This document shows, piece by piece, positions 37,679-48,800 of a stretch of 64,000 nucleotides of DNA. The notes below the pieces were generated by a model that saw only the letters and a program-made list of their open reading frames with translations, was not told where the DNA came from and did not search any database. This DNA comes from Psammoneis japonica (taxonomy: Eukaryota): assembly GCA_008632985.1 (NCBI GenBank), contig QPGO01000001.1:1024404-1088403 (forward strand), written 5' to 3'. Each line of letters begins with the position of its first letter. Position 1 is the stretch's first letter. The translations under genes and the position numbers were made by a program.

Positions 37679-40600
37679 ATGATAAAGACGGTTGCTTCTA
37701 TTGTTCTGCAATACAGTTTTGCATCCCTGCTGAAGGAAGCGGTTGCAATTAACCCTCATCAACGGGTCCACGGTGAGGTGGTTCGCTACGACTTTCTCCC
37801 GAGCAGTTGCAAACACGGCGAATTTCCCAATTTGATACCTTCAGATACTCTATCATCCCTCAAGCGTCAGGTCGCTACTACTGTTTGCCCTCAAGGTCTC
37901 GGAATCCAAAATACCAAACACTCTTTTGAATCAGAATTACCCCTGCTAGCCACAACCACAACCACTGATGTTTTGCTTTACCATCTTGGTGAAGTTAGCA
38001 ATGGTGTTACTTTTGAACTCTGGTTCAAGCCGCACGCCGTCAACTCAACACAAGGCTTGCAACCGATCTTTGCTCTTGGCCAACCTGCAGAAACACCTCA
38101 AGGTGACGAAGAAGACCTTTCCAGTTGTGGACGTGCAGATCTCCAAGTCAGTCAGCATGGTCAGTACCTCCAAGTCAATTACAGAACCAGTGACGGACTG
38201 TTTCATTGCAACAACCCTATCCTTGTTCAGAATCCATTGGTGGCCGATCGTATGGTTCATTTTGTGTTTGCACTCGAGGACGGGCGACAGCATTTCTATA
38301 TCAATGGCAAGGCCAATCCATTCAACCACGAGCTCAAGGAACAATTCGGTGCTCGTCTGGATCACTGGCATTCGGATTACAATCTCCAATTCTTTCCGCG
38401 TAACCTTGTCAACCACGTACGAGATGGAGGCTTGTGGGATGGAACACTATACCGATTTGCAATCTATGACAAGTTCTTATCCAAGTCTCAGGCACGACAG
38501 ACTTTTGCTGCGGGCGTAGCTCCAACGCCTCCCTTTGCCATTAACCGTACCGTGGAGATTAACGAGGACGCAGAGGACGTGCCTGGCTCTCACGAAGCAG
38601 CCTGGTACAAACAAGAACGGAACGCAAGTGATCCAACGTTGCCGCAGATTGAGTTATTGTTGGGTCATGTTGATGCTGAAGTGTATGAATTGCAAAAGGC
38701 AAACGGTATCGAGGATGCGTATGAACCCGAGATACCGGGACTCTTTATCACGGCCCTCCCGGATCGCGGAAGACTCTATCAGAGTGACGGGACGCCAATT
38801 CAGTTGGGCTCTTATGGACACGCTCTGGTGCAACACAACTCTTCAGTCATTTACATTCCCCGTCTGAACGGGTACTCCATTTTTGGCGCCTATACTGAAT
38901 TCTCCTACTGTGTAGCAGAATCAACCGTGCTCGACTCCGACTCGCCGTGCGATCCTGGTCAAGTGGAAATTGTTGTTCTCGAAGTCAACGATCCCCCGAC
39001 TCTAGTCCAGTTACCGGTCTTCAATGTGACGCCTGGTCTAGACGACAATGCTCTTATTTTTCTACATGGAATGGACGATGATGTGGGCGATGATGTGTTT
39101 GGAGTTGTCGTGACTCGCTTTCCAGCGTATGGCAACCTGCATTACACCAACCGCAACCATAGCTACGGAAGAGCCATGGATGCCCTTCTTGATAATTCCA
39201 CGATGGATGCACCAGCAATCATGGGTTATCGATACACGGGTCCAGAGAATAACGTTACTGCAGATGGCTTTGTCAATGTGGATTACTTCAAGTACAAGGC
39301 GTTTGACACCTTTGGAGCCTTTTCTGAGGAAGGTGTCATTGAGATTCACATTCGGACATCGTTGAGTGCCGAAAATTCAACCGTGACTGTCCGTGAGAAC
39401 AACGTGTCAGAATTGGTATTTTTTGGCAATGACACATCGGGCCTTCAGCGGCGACTCGGGTTTCAAATCATTTCGATACCACCGTCCCGTACAGGTCGCT
39501 TTTCTGATGTCCAGAGTCCCGACACACCTCTAGAGACAGGATCGATCCTGATGGACGCAGATATTTCTCCGTATAACAATGGAGTCAAAATTCAGTACGC
39601 ACCAGAGTTGTACTTCTTCAATTACCCCACTTTGGACAACATTACGGAACCCATGGAGATCGTATTCAGGGCGGTCGTGTTAGATGAGATGGGTATCATC
39701 GTTGCTGCCTCTGGTGAAGCCTACATGAAGGTGCTGGTTCAAAACGTAAACGACGAGCCCACTCTAACTATTCCATCCAACTTCAGCCATACTGTTGAAG
39801 TGAAGAGAGTTCTGAACTGGGATGCTGAGCTCTGCCCTAATGATGCCATTCATAACGCTACAATGAAAGGAGAGCCTCATGGATGCAAAACAGTAACTTT
39901 GTTGAACGGAATAACTCTGGATGATCCAGATTTGTATATTGATAGAGTGAGAGTGGATGTCAGGTGCAACATTGGTGTGTTTTCACTGAATCTCGAGCAC
40001 ATGGACAAGGCTGAATTTGTGAGCTGTGGGAACAGAAGTAGTACCTGGAATTGTACTGGAAACCCTTTCGGAGCTGACCAGGCTTTAACCTTTTTGGCAA
40101 TACCGGGGGATGTCACCGACATTCTAACAAACCTCAATTATTGGAGCCATGTTGTCGGTGACGATAATGTTACTGTTACCATTTACGATGGGATTGGACA
40201 TGAATGCCCAACGAAACGTGAGCAAAGCTTTCATCGGCTAAGAGGAGATATGGAAGAGACGCTCAATGAACACGGATGTTATGTGGTGTCCAAGACGTTT
40301 CCTATCAAAGTCACTCCGTTTGAGTTCCGGAAAATTTACAAAGTCAAGAGGAAATTTCCTCAAGATTTGAAGGAAGCACCAGCCGATATTTGGGTTGTTG
40401 CCGCTATTTGCGTCCTTGTTTTGCTCTTCCTTTGTCGGCGTGGTGGAGTACCCGATGAATTCTACGAAGATGACGAACAGGAGGATAAGAACGCTACAAC
40501 TTCGGACACCAAAAAGGATCCAAATTCCGACAAGAGTGCTTTCCCGGATGCTCTCATGCAGCAATCCTTTGGTGATACGATTCCGGATAGAGAAACGTTT

Positions 40601-41203
40601 GACCAACAAGCTCAGCACGACCATGATGATGCGAGCCTGTTTTCTAACATGGGCACAAGTCGTCAACACGAACGCCCCACAGCAAGTGAAGTTCCTGATC
40701 TATTCCCTGAGGTTAGCCGCGACGAATGGGAAGACGAGATGACGGTCGAGCGCGACTCTCGCAGTCTAAACGAGGAGTCTTCCTACTTCACAAGCACTAC
40801 ACAGAGTATAATGGATCCCCTCAGCAGCGGTAGTCAACAAGACTCTCCCACCATCAACACGGTCCAGGATGAAATGAATGTCGATAGAGCAGCAGCCTTT
40901 AGGCGGGGAAGCGACTTTTCTAGTCCATATGAGGAATCTGTCTTTTCTTCGGGTTCTCTGCAAAATCCGTTTGATGCCCTGACTACCAGCTCGGAGCCAA
41001 CTGCCGGCAACTCTACTCAGGATTGGACAAGTATCTTTTCTCCATCTTCAAGTGCTGAAACCGCTCAAACAGTAACGTCACGGGCAAGCGTATGGAGGAG
41101 CTACTTGGATCCAAACACTGGCAATCCTTACTACCACAACACAGAAACAGGTCTCGTGACCTGGGAACAACCGGATCAGTTCGAAGAGCCCAGTTCTCGT
41201 TAG
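37679..41203 (+). CDS. Single-pass receptor/adhesin-like protein: LamG/ConA-like domain, cadherin-like repeats, TM helix, Ser/acidic tail, C-terminal WW domain (1174 aa)
   Basis: VTFELWFKP...HFVF...FYING...WDGTLYRFAIYD (LamG); EVNDPP and NVNDEP (cadherin-like); IWVVAAICVLVLLFLC-RR; WRSYLDPNTGNPYYHNTETGLVTWEQP (WW). Confidence 0.85.
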   Translation: MIKTVASIVLQYSFASLLKEAVAINPHQRVHGEVVRYDFLPSSCKHGEFPNLIPSDTLSSLKRQVATTVCPQGLGIQNTKHSFESELPLLATTTTTDVLLYHLGEVSNGVTFELWFKPHAVNSTQGLQPIFALGQPAETPQGDEEDLSSCGRADLQVSQHGQYLQVNYRTSDGLFHCNNPILVQNPLVADRMVHFVFALEDGRQHFYINGKANPFNHELKEQFGARLDHWHSDYNLQFFPRNLVNHVRDGGLWDGTLYRFAIYDKFLSKSQARQTFAAGVAPTPPFAINRTVEINEDAEDVPGSHEAAWYKQERNASDPTLPQIELLLGHVDAEVYELQKANGIEDAYEPEIPGLFITALPDRGRLYQSDGTPIQLGSYGHALVQHNSSVIYIPRLNGYSIFGAYTEFSYCVAESTVLDSDSPCDPGQVEIVVLEVNDPPTLVQLPVFNVTPGLDDNALIFLHGMDDDVGDDVFGVVVTRFPAYGNLHYTNRNHSYGRAMDALLDNSTMDAPAIMGYRYTGPENNVTADGFVNVDYFKYKAFDTFGAFSEEGVIEIHIRTSLSAENSTVTVRENNVSELVFFGNDTSGLQRRLGFQIISIPPSRTGRFSDVQSPDTPLETGSILMDADISPYNNGVKIQYAPELYFFNYPTLDNITEPMEIVFRAVVLDEMGIIVAASGEAYMKVLVQNVNDEPTLTIPSNFSHTVEVKRVLNWDAELCPNDAIHNATMKGEPHGCKTVTLLNGITLDDPDLYIDRVRVDVRCNIGVFSLNLEHMDKAEFVSCGNRSSTWNCTGNPFGADQALTFLAIPGDVTDILTNLNYWSHVVGDDNVTVTIYDGIGHECPTKREQSFHRLRGDMEETLNEHGCYVVSKTFPIKVTPFEFRKIYKVKRKFPQDLKEAPADIWVVAAICVLVLLFLCRRGGVPDEFYEDDEQEDKNATTSDTKKDPNSDKSAFPDALMQQSFGDTIPDRETFDQQAQHDHDDASLFSNMGTSRQHERPTASEVPDLFPEVSRDEWEDEMTVERDSRSLNEESSYFTSTTQSIMDPLSSGSQQDSPTINTVQDEMNVDRAAAFRRGSDFSSPYEESVFSSGSLQNPFDALTTSSEPTAGNSTQDWTSIFSPSSSAETAQTVTSRASVWRSYLDPNTGNPYYHNTETGLVTWEQPDQFEEPSSR

Positions 41204-41785
41204 AAACAGAAGAAAGTATGTCTTTAGATTCCATTGTCACTGCTAATCACCTTAATTTAGCTTTTATAGTGGTGTACATTAAAATTTTAGACCTTGTCGA
41301 AAATGCGGTCCTCCAAAAAGCTAGAAAAATACAGTACAGACGTAAACATCATGACTACTCATTCAAAGCGAATGAGTCTTCGGATCCAGACGATTCGCCG
41401 TTGACATGACGAAATTCGGCTGTATTGCCATAATAATCCAGCGATGAATCCACATTCAAGGCGCGCAGCTAACCGTAGACTTAGTTTGAACAATAGATGT
41501 ATTACAACATGATTTAGAGATCGTTTTTTCCCTTCCTCTCTCTCGGTATGGAACATAGGATCCAGCACGAGTATCTCAAAGCGCGTTGCTAATTATTAGT
41601 GAACAGGTTCCGCTCGTAATATTGAGAGAAAGAGTAGTGGTAAGTTCTGGTAAGCTATATACTTTTTCCACAAGTTTCTACACTGTCATTTCTGCCGCCA
41701 AAAACAGTATAGGCTCGCCCGACACAAACTCTATCAGCCTTTTCGAATTATGCCGTTCCTTCTACCGTCCGATACTGTAAATTTC

Positions 41786-42691
41786 TTATCCCCCCGGTAC
41801 AAATCTGTCAGGCCTCTTCCTTTTCCTACAGTTCTTGAAATCAAAAAGGTCCGGCTTGTTACAAAGCAAAGAGTATACCGCAGAAATCCTTGTAGGATTC
41901 GTGGTGTCTTTGCCGATTTTGGCCAGCGCGTGGGCCCACACGTCTGGGTGCAAGTCATTGCGAGCCAGCAGCTGCTGACTGAGATGCTCCAACAAGATTT
42001 TGCCATAGGGTAGGTCACTGCTCTCAAGAGCACAATCCAGTGGCGTTTCCCCCCATCTGTCCAATGCGTTTAAATCGGCCCCATTCTTCAAGAGCAGCTT
42101 CAAGATTCCGACGGCACTCTCTCTCCTGCAACTCCAACGGGCCCAGGCATGAAGAGGCGTGAAGCCCTGATTGTCCATGGCATTGATGGCCGCACCATTC
42201 TCCAAGAGAACTTGCACAACCTCCGAGTGCTCCTTGTACACTGCATAAAAAAGAGGTGTTTCCCCAATGCGATTTTTTGCATCCACGTCAGCATTGTTCT
42301 GCAGCAGTAACACGCACATTTCCCTTGAAACAACACAATGCAATGGCGTATTTCCAACACCGGACGCCAAATTGACTGGAGCGCCGCGTGACACCAGCAT
42401 TCGAGCAACGGGCACAAGGTCCTTGAAGCATGCCTTGTGGAGTGCTGAGAAACCGCCTGAATCCGCCGTTGCGCTTGCCCCTGCGTCAAGTAACAGCTGG
42501 ACTTTGCGATCGCGGTCGGCAACAGTGTGACGAGCAATCGTCCAAAATAGGATGCTCTTGTAATTCACGACTGCATTTGCGTCAACGCCGCTTTGCAACA
42601 ACTGTTCAACCTGCTCGGCTGTGCCACTTTCCACAGCTTGTAGGAGCCGACGAGCTGCTGCGTTGATCTCATCATCAACCTGCTCGTCCAT
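41786..42691 (-). CDS. Ankyrin-repeat protein, 301 aa
   Basis: Repeated GxTPLH/TPLF...LLxxGAD/INA motifs; intact ORF with Tyr retained. Confidence 0.9.
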   Translation of the reverse strand: MDEQVDDEINAAARRLLQAVESGTAEQVEQLLQSGVDANAVVNYKSILFWTIARHTVADRDRKVQLLLDAGASATADSGGFSALHKACFKDLVPVARMLVSRGAPVNLASGVGNTPLHCVVSREMCVLLLQNNADVDAKNRIGETPLFYAVYKEHSEVVQVLLENGAAINAMDNQGFTPLHAWARWSCRRESAVGILKLLLKNGADLNALDRWGETPLDCALESSDLPYGKILLEHLSQQLLARNDLHPDVWAHALAKIGKDTTNPTRISAVYSLLCNKPDLFDFKNCRKRKRPDRFVPGG

Positions 42692-42876
42692 TTTTTCTAC
42701 TCCAGATCAAAGCCAACGTCATGCACGTTCAATCACTCAACGCAAGGAGTTTCAAGGGGTTGGAGACGAAACCTTACTGTGATGCGTGATGGTGTGTTGA
42801 TGATGATGTTGTTGTGATTATGCTGAAAGCGGCGCGCCGCGGGCATTGCTGTGGGCGGAAAATCCACAGGCGCGCG

Positions 42877-45800
42877 CTGCTGGGCAAAGACTTCATGATC
42901 GTGGCTGAATAACGATAAGCCCATAACCCAAACTCGACATTTGACTTCAAGTCAAAGTAAGCTAAATGAATAGTGTAAAACGTTAAGTGTCATTTCCACT
43001 TCGACACAGAGACAGCTATATGATTAGTGCAAATCGTTAAGTGTCATTTACACTTCGACACAAAGAAAGCTAAATGCTTAACGGCAGTGGTCAGATTTCA
43101 AATTCTGAGCAATACAGAAATGTCAATGATGAATAAGGATTTTAGATCCCTTCTGCCCTTAATGTCATTATTCCAATGCCACTAATGAATACACAAAAAA
43201 TGAATTTGTATTCCATCCTTTTCGTAAACTTTGATCTATCGGCATTTTCAATACGAGTGCGCGATGACAACAATAAAGCATGCTTGTATGTGTCATGGTC
43301 ATAAGCTGTAAGGCATACCGTCACATTTGGATTGAACTCGGGGATGTTGGTGTCGAAAGTAGCCATTTGTTTGACATTCGTGATTTTTCATCGCCCACAA
43401 ATTGGGATTTCAACTGAGTCGAGTTGATGTTGGACGTGTGCAAAGCACTGCGTTTGATGAAACAATTGAGGGCTCTGGGCTTGTGGCATTTTATGCCATG
43501 GAGACTTAAAATGGTGAATGGGTTGACAATCAAGCCAGTGATCGGGTTTGCCAACATTTCCAAAAATGTGACAACAAAAATTGCATCACTCAACAACCAA
43601 CAACCCCTCAAGAGAAAGAAACAAGAAAAGTGATTCCTCTTTGCACTTGAATTAAAAGAGACAACAATGCACAACAAATGTTCAAGAAGGACAAGAAGCT
43701 CTTGAATGCATGAAACAAGAAGAGAGTCAATGAACCACTCTTGTTTCGAACCTCTTGCCCTGTTCTCTCCTCCATGGTGGTTGGTTGAAAGGTTGGTGGT
43801 GGTTTTTTGTGAGACTTGCAGCTTGATGCATGTTGATGCATGAACAAATGGCCCATGTGTGGTGTCACCTTTGGAATGTGCCACTTGTGGAGCTTGAGTG
43901 GACAGCTCTCTGTGCTCAAGCTTTGTCCGCCAAATGCTCCGTCAAAGTCCAGATGCTGCCCCATCCCACCCAACCATTGAAAAAAAAACAGTTCTTGCAA
44001 AATGCTGTTGCCTGTTTCCCTCTTCCTCTGCAGAGCAGCTCTCTTGGTGACAGTGCCACCCACACACCAGACTGTGCTCAAGAATGCTTTCCAACCTGCC
44101 AGCCAAGACACCCAGCTCGGGGCTGTGTGGGCTCGAATCTCTCTCAAGACACAAGCTGCTGAGCATGTTTCTGGCACTGGCGGCAATGCTGAGCCCTCCT
44201 TCCTGTTTGACTTCCCAGGGGTGTGCCCAGACTGCCTGCATGCTGGCCCAACCACAAGAGTTGCTGTTTTGCCAGTTTTGTCAGCAGGATGTGCCAAGGC
44301 TGCTCTGGCCATGTGTGCCTGGCTGGCACCACAATGCAAAGACAGGTGCGACAGCACTTTCTGCTGTCAGCAAAGAGTGTGAGCTGGCTGGACTGCCCAA
44401 CCCCACACTTCACAGTTCCTTGGCAGTCACTCCAAATCAAGTGCCAGCTTGGGACCAACTGCACCTGGCTGGTTGCAATGCAAAGACAGCTGTGACAGCA
44501 ATTTGTGACAACAAGAGAGAGTGTGAGCTGGCTGGGCTCCTGACCCCAGCACAGCCACTTCACAGCCCCTCAGCACTGGCTCCCAATCAAATGCCAACTT
44601 GGTGCCAACAGCCACAAAGCCATTGTTGCAGATCTCTGCACCTGGCCCCTCACACAACATGTGTGGCCTTTGCCAAATGGGCCCCTGGCCAACTGCAGAC
44701 TCCTCATGGCTTGCAACAAGCCACCACAACACAGAGCATTGTGGGGTGAATGCAGCACAGCTTGAGCAAGCAAGCCATGCTGGGAGCACCAAGAGCTGGC
44801 TGCTGTCCTGGAGCTCCATTCAAAGCTGAGCTGGGCTGCTTGACTCCTTGGTGGGTGGCACATGCTTGCTTGGCATCACATTGTTGCCAAGCAGAGCCAC
44901 ATGGCATGTGCCCACCATTTGTGCCTGCAACAGTGATCCCTGGCCACAAAAAAGCCAACAAAAAGTTGAGCCTGCTTTTGTGGTTGAAGGGTGAAGAAAT
45001 TGTGAGTGAGGTTGGGTTCAAGAGTTTGTTGGCAATGCCAAGTGGGCAGCCAAAGAGAGGCGCCAAAAATGACTGTGTGAAGTGTCTCTCACTCATTTCT
45101 CAAGAGGAGCTTGTGCTCATGATGCGGGGTCTGAAGCAAGCACCAGTCAAGAGGACAACAATTCTTTCCCTCTCTGTTCCACCCAAAACACAGCCTTTGA
45201 GTCAATGTGGTGCTCCTTCAACAATTGATGCACACACTGGGAGGAGCAGCTGTGGAGCCAGGGCAGCAGGCCTGGCAGGGCTTGGCTCACAACCAAGCTG
45301 GGCTTCTCAGCTTGGCAGCACACACTCAGAGTCACATTGTTGCCCTCCTGCAGCTGCAATGTGCCCCACTCTTTGCACCTGCAGCAACCACCCTGGACCA
45401 AAAGAAGCCAGTGCAACTCTGGCCCTGGTTGCATGGTCAAATTGTGTGTGTGTTCAACTGTCGGAATCCCCTCCTTTTTTCCCTTTTCCTTTAAACCGGC
45501 CACGAATATGAAAAAATTGCCCTGCTGGGCAAAGACTTCATGATCGTGGCTGAATAACGATAAGCCCATAACCCAAACTCGACATTTGACTTCAAGTCAA
45601 AGTAAGCTAAATGAATAGTGTAAAACGTTAAGTGTCATTTCCACTTCGACACAGAGACAGCTATATGATTAGTGCAAATCGTTAAGTGTCATTTACACTT
45701 CGACACAAAGAAAGCTAAATGCTTAACGGCAGTGGTCAGATTTCAAATTCTGAGCAATACAGAAATGTCAATGATGAATAAGGATTTTAGATCCCTTCTG

Positions 45801-48800
45801 CCCTTAATGTCATTATTCCAATGCCACTAATGAATACACAAAAAATGAATTTGTATTCCATCCTTTTCGTAAACTTTGATCTATCGGCATTTTCAATACG
45901 AGTACGCGATGACAACAATAAAGCATGCTTGTATGTGTCATGGTCATAAGCTGTAAGGCATGCCGTCACATTTGGATTGAACTCGGGGATGTTGGTGTCG
46001 AAAGCAGCCATTTGTTTGACATTCGTGATTTTTCATCGCCCACAAATTGGGATTTCAACTGAGTCGAGTTGATGTTGGACGTGTGCAAAGCACTGCGTTT
46101 GATGAAACAATTGAGGGCTCTGGGCTTGTGGCATTTTATGCCATGGAGACTTAAAATGGTGAATGGGTTGACAATCAAGCCAGTGATCGGGTTTGCCAAC
46201 ATTTCCAAAAATGTGACAACAAAAATTGCATCACTCAACAACCAACAACCCCTCAAGAGAAAGAAACAAGAAAAGTGATTCCTCTTTGCACTTGAATTAA
46301 AAGAGACAACAATGCACAACAAATGTTCAAGAAGGACAAGAAGCTCTTGAATGCATGAAACAAGAAGAGAGTCAATGAACCACTCTTGTTTCGAACCTCT
46401 TGCCCTGTTCTCTCCTCCATGGTGGTTGGTTGAAAGGTTGGTGGTGGTTTTTTGTGAGACTTGCAGCTTGATGCATGTTGATGCATGAACAAATGGCCCA
46501 TGTGTGGTGTCACCTTTGGAATGTGCCACTTGTGGAGCTTGAGTGGACAGCTCTCTGTGCTCAAGCTTTGTCCGCCAAATGCTCCGTCAAAGTCCAGATG
46601 CTGCCCCATCCCACCCAACCATTGAAAAAAAAACAGTTCTTGCAAAATGCTGTTGCCTGTTTCCCTCTTCCTCTGCAGAGCAGCTCTCTTGGTGACAGTG
46701 CCACCCACACACCAGACTGTGCTCAAGAATGCTTTCCAACCTGCCAGCCAAGACACCCAGCTCGGGGCTGTGTGGGCTCGAATCTCTCTCAAGACACAAG
46801 CTGCTGAGCATGTTTCTGGCACTGGCGGCAATGCTGAGCCCTCCTTCCTGTTTGACTTCCCAGGGGTGTGCCCAGACTGCCTGCACGCTGGCCCAACCAC
46901 AAGAGTTGCTGTTTTGCCAGTTTTGTCAGCAGGATGTGCCAAGGCTGCTCTGGCCATGTGTGCCTGGCTGGCACCACAATGCAAAGACAGGTGTGACAGC
47001 ACTTTCTGCTGTCAGCAAAGAGTGTGAGCTGGCTGGACTGCCCAACCCCACACTTCACAGTTCCTTGGCAGTCACTCCAAATCAAGTGCCAGCTTGGGAC
47101 CAACTGCACCTGGCTGGTTGCAATGCAAAGACAGCTGTGACAGCAATTTGTGACAACAAGAGAGAGTGTGAGCTGGCTGGGCTCCTGACCCCAGCACAGC
47201 CACTTCACAGCCCCTCAGCACTGGCTCCCAATCAAATGCCAACTTGGTGCCAACAGCCACAAAGCCATTGTTGCAGATCTCTGCACCTGGCCCCTCACAC
47301 AACATGTGTGGCCTTTGCCAAATGGGCCCCTGGCCAACTGCAGACTCCTCATGGCTTGCAACAAGCCACCACAACACAGAGCATTGTGGGGTGAATGCAG
47401 CACAGCTTGAGCAAGCAAGCCATGCTGGGAGCACCAAGAGCTGGCTGCTGTCCTGGAGCTCCATTCAAAGCTGAGCTGGGCTGCTTGACTCCTTGGTGGG
47501 TGGCACATGCTTGCTTGGCATCACATTGTTGCCAAGCAGAGCCACATGGCATGTGCCCACCATTTGTGCCTGCAACAGTGATCCCTGGCCACAAAAAAGC
47601 CAACAAAAAGTTGAGCCTGCTTTTGTGGTTGAAGGGTGAAGAAATTGTGAGTGAGGTTGGGTTCAAGAGTTTGTTGGCAATGCCAAGTGGGCAGCCAAAG
47701 AGAGGCGCCAAAAATGACTGTGTGAAGTGTCTCTCACTCATTTCTCAAGAGGAGCTTGTGCTCATGATGCGGGGTCTGAAGCAAGCACCAGTCAAGAGGA
47801 CAACAATTCTTTCCCTCTCTGTTCCACCCAAAACACAGCCTTTGAGTCAATGTGGTGCTCCTTCAACAATTGATGCACACACTGGGAGGAGCAGCTGTGG
47901 AGCCAGGGCAGCAGGCCTGGCAGGGCTTGGCTCACAACCAAGCTGGGCTTCTCAGCTTGGCAGCACACACTCAGAGTCACATTGTTGCCCTCCTGCAGCT
48001 GCAATGTGCCCCACTCTTTGCACCTGCAGCAACCACCCTGGACCAAAAGAAGCCAGTGCAACTCTGGCCCTGGTTGCATGGTCAAATTGTGTGTGTGTTC
48101 AACTGTCGGAATCCCCTCCTTTTTTCCCTTTTCCTTTAAACCGGCCACGAATATGAAAAAATTGCCCTGCTGGGCAAAGACTTCATGATCGTGGCTGAAT
48201 AACGATAAGCCCATAACCCAAACTCGACATTTGACTTCAAGTCAAAGTAAGCTAAATGAATAGTGTAAAACGTTAAGTGTCATTTCCACTTCGACACAGA
48301 GACAGCTATATGATTAGTGCAAATCGTTAAGTGTCATTTACACTTCGACACAAAGAAAGCTAAATGCTTAACGGCAGTGGTCAGATTTCAAATTCTGAGC
48401 AATACAGAAATGTCAATGATGAATAAGGATTTTAGATCCCTTCTGCCCTTAATGTCATTATTCCAATGCCACTAATGAATGCACAAAAAATGAATTTGTG
48501 TTCCATCCTTTTCGTAAACTTTGATCTATCGGCATTTTCAATACGAGTGCGCGATGACAACAATAAAGCATGCTTGTATGTGTCATGGTCATAAGCTGTA
48601 AGGCATGCCGTCACATTTGGATTGAACTCGGGGATGTTGGTGTCGAAAGCAGCCATTTGTTTGACATTCGTGATTTTTCATCGCCCACAAATTGGGATTT
48701 CAACTGAGTCGAGTTGATGTTGGACGTGTGCAAAGCACTGCGTTTGATGAAACAATTGAGGGCTCTGGGCTTGTGGCATTTTATGCCATGGAGACTTAAA

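Noticed and set aside
42975..43080. CRISPR-like direct repeat (cgttaagtgtcattt...cacttcgacaca x2)
   Set aside because: Only two units per copy, eukaryotic context, no cas genes; an ordinary short duplication.
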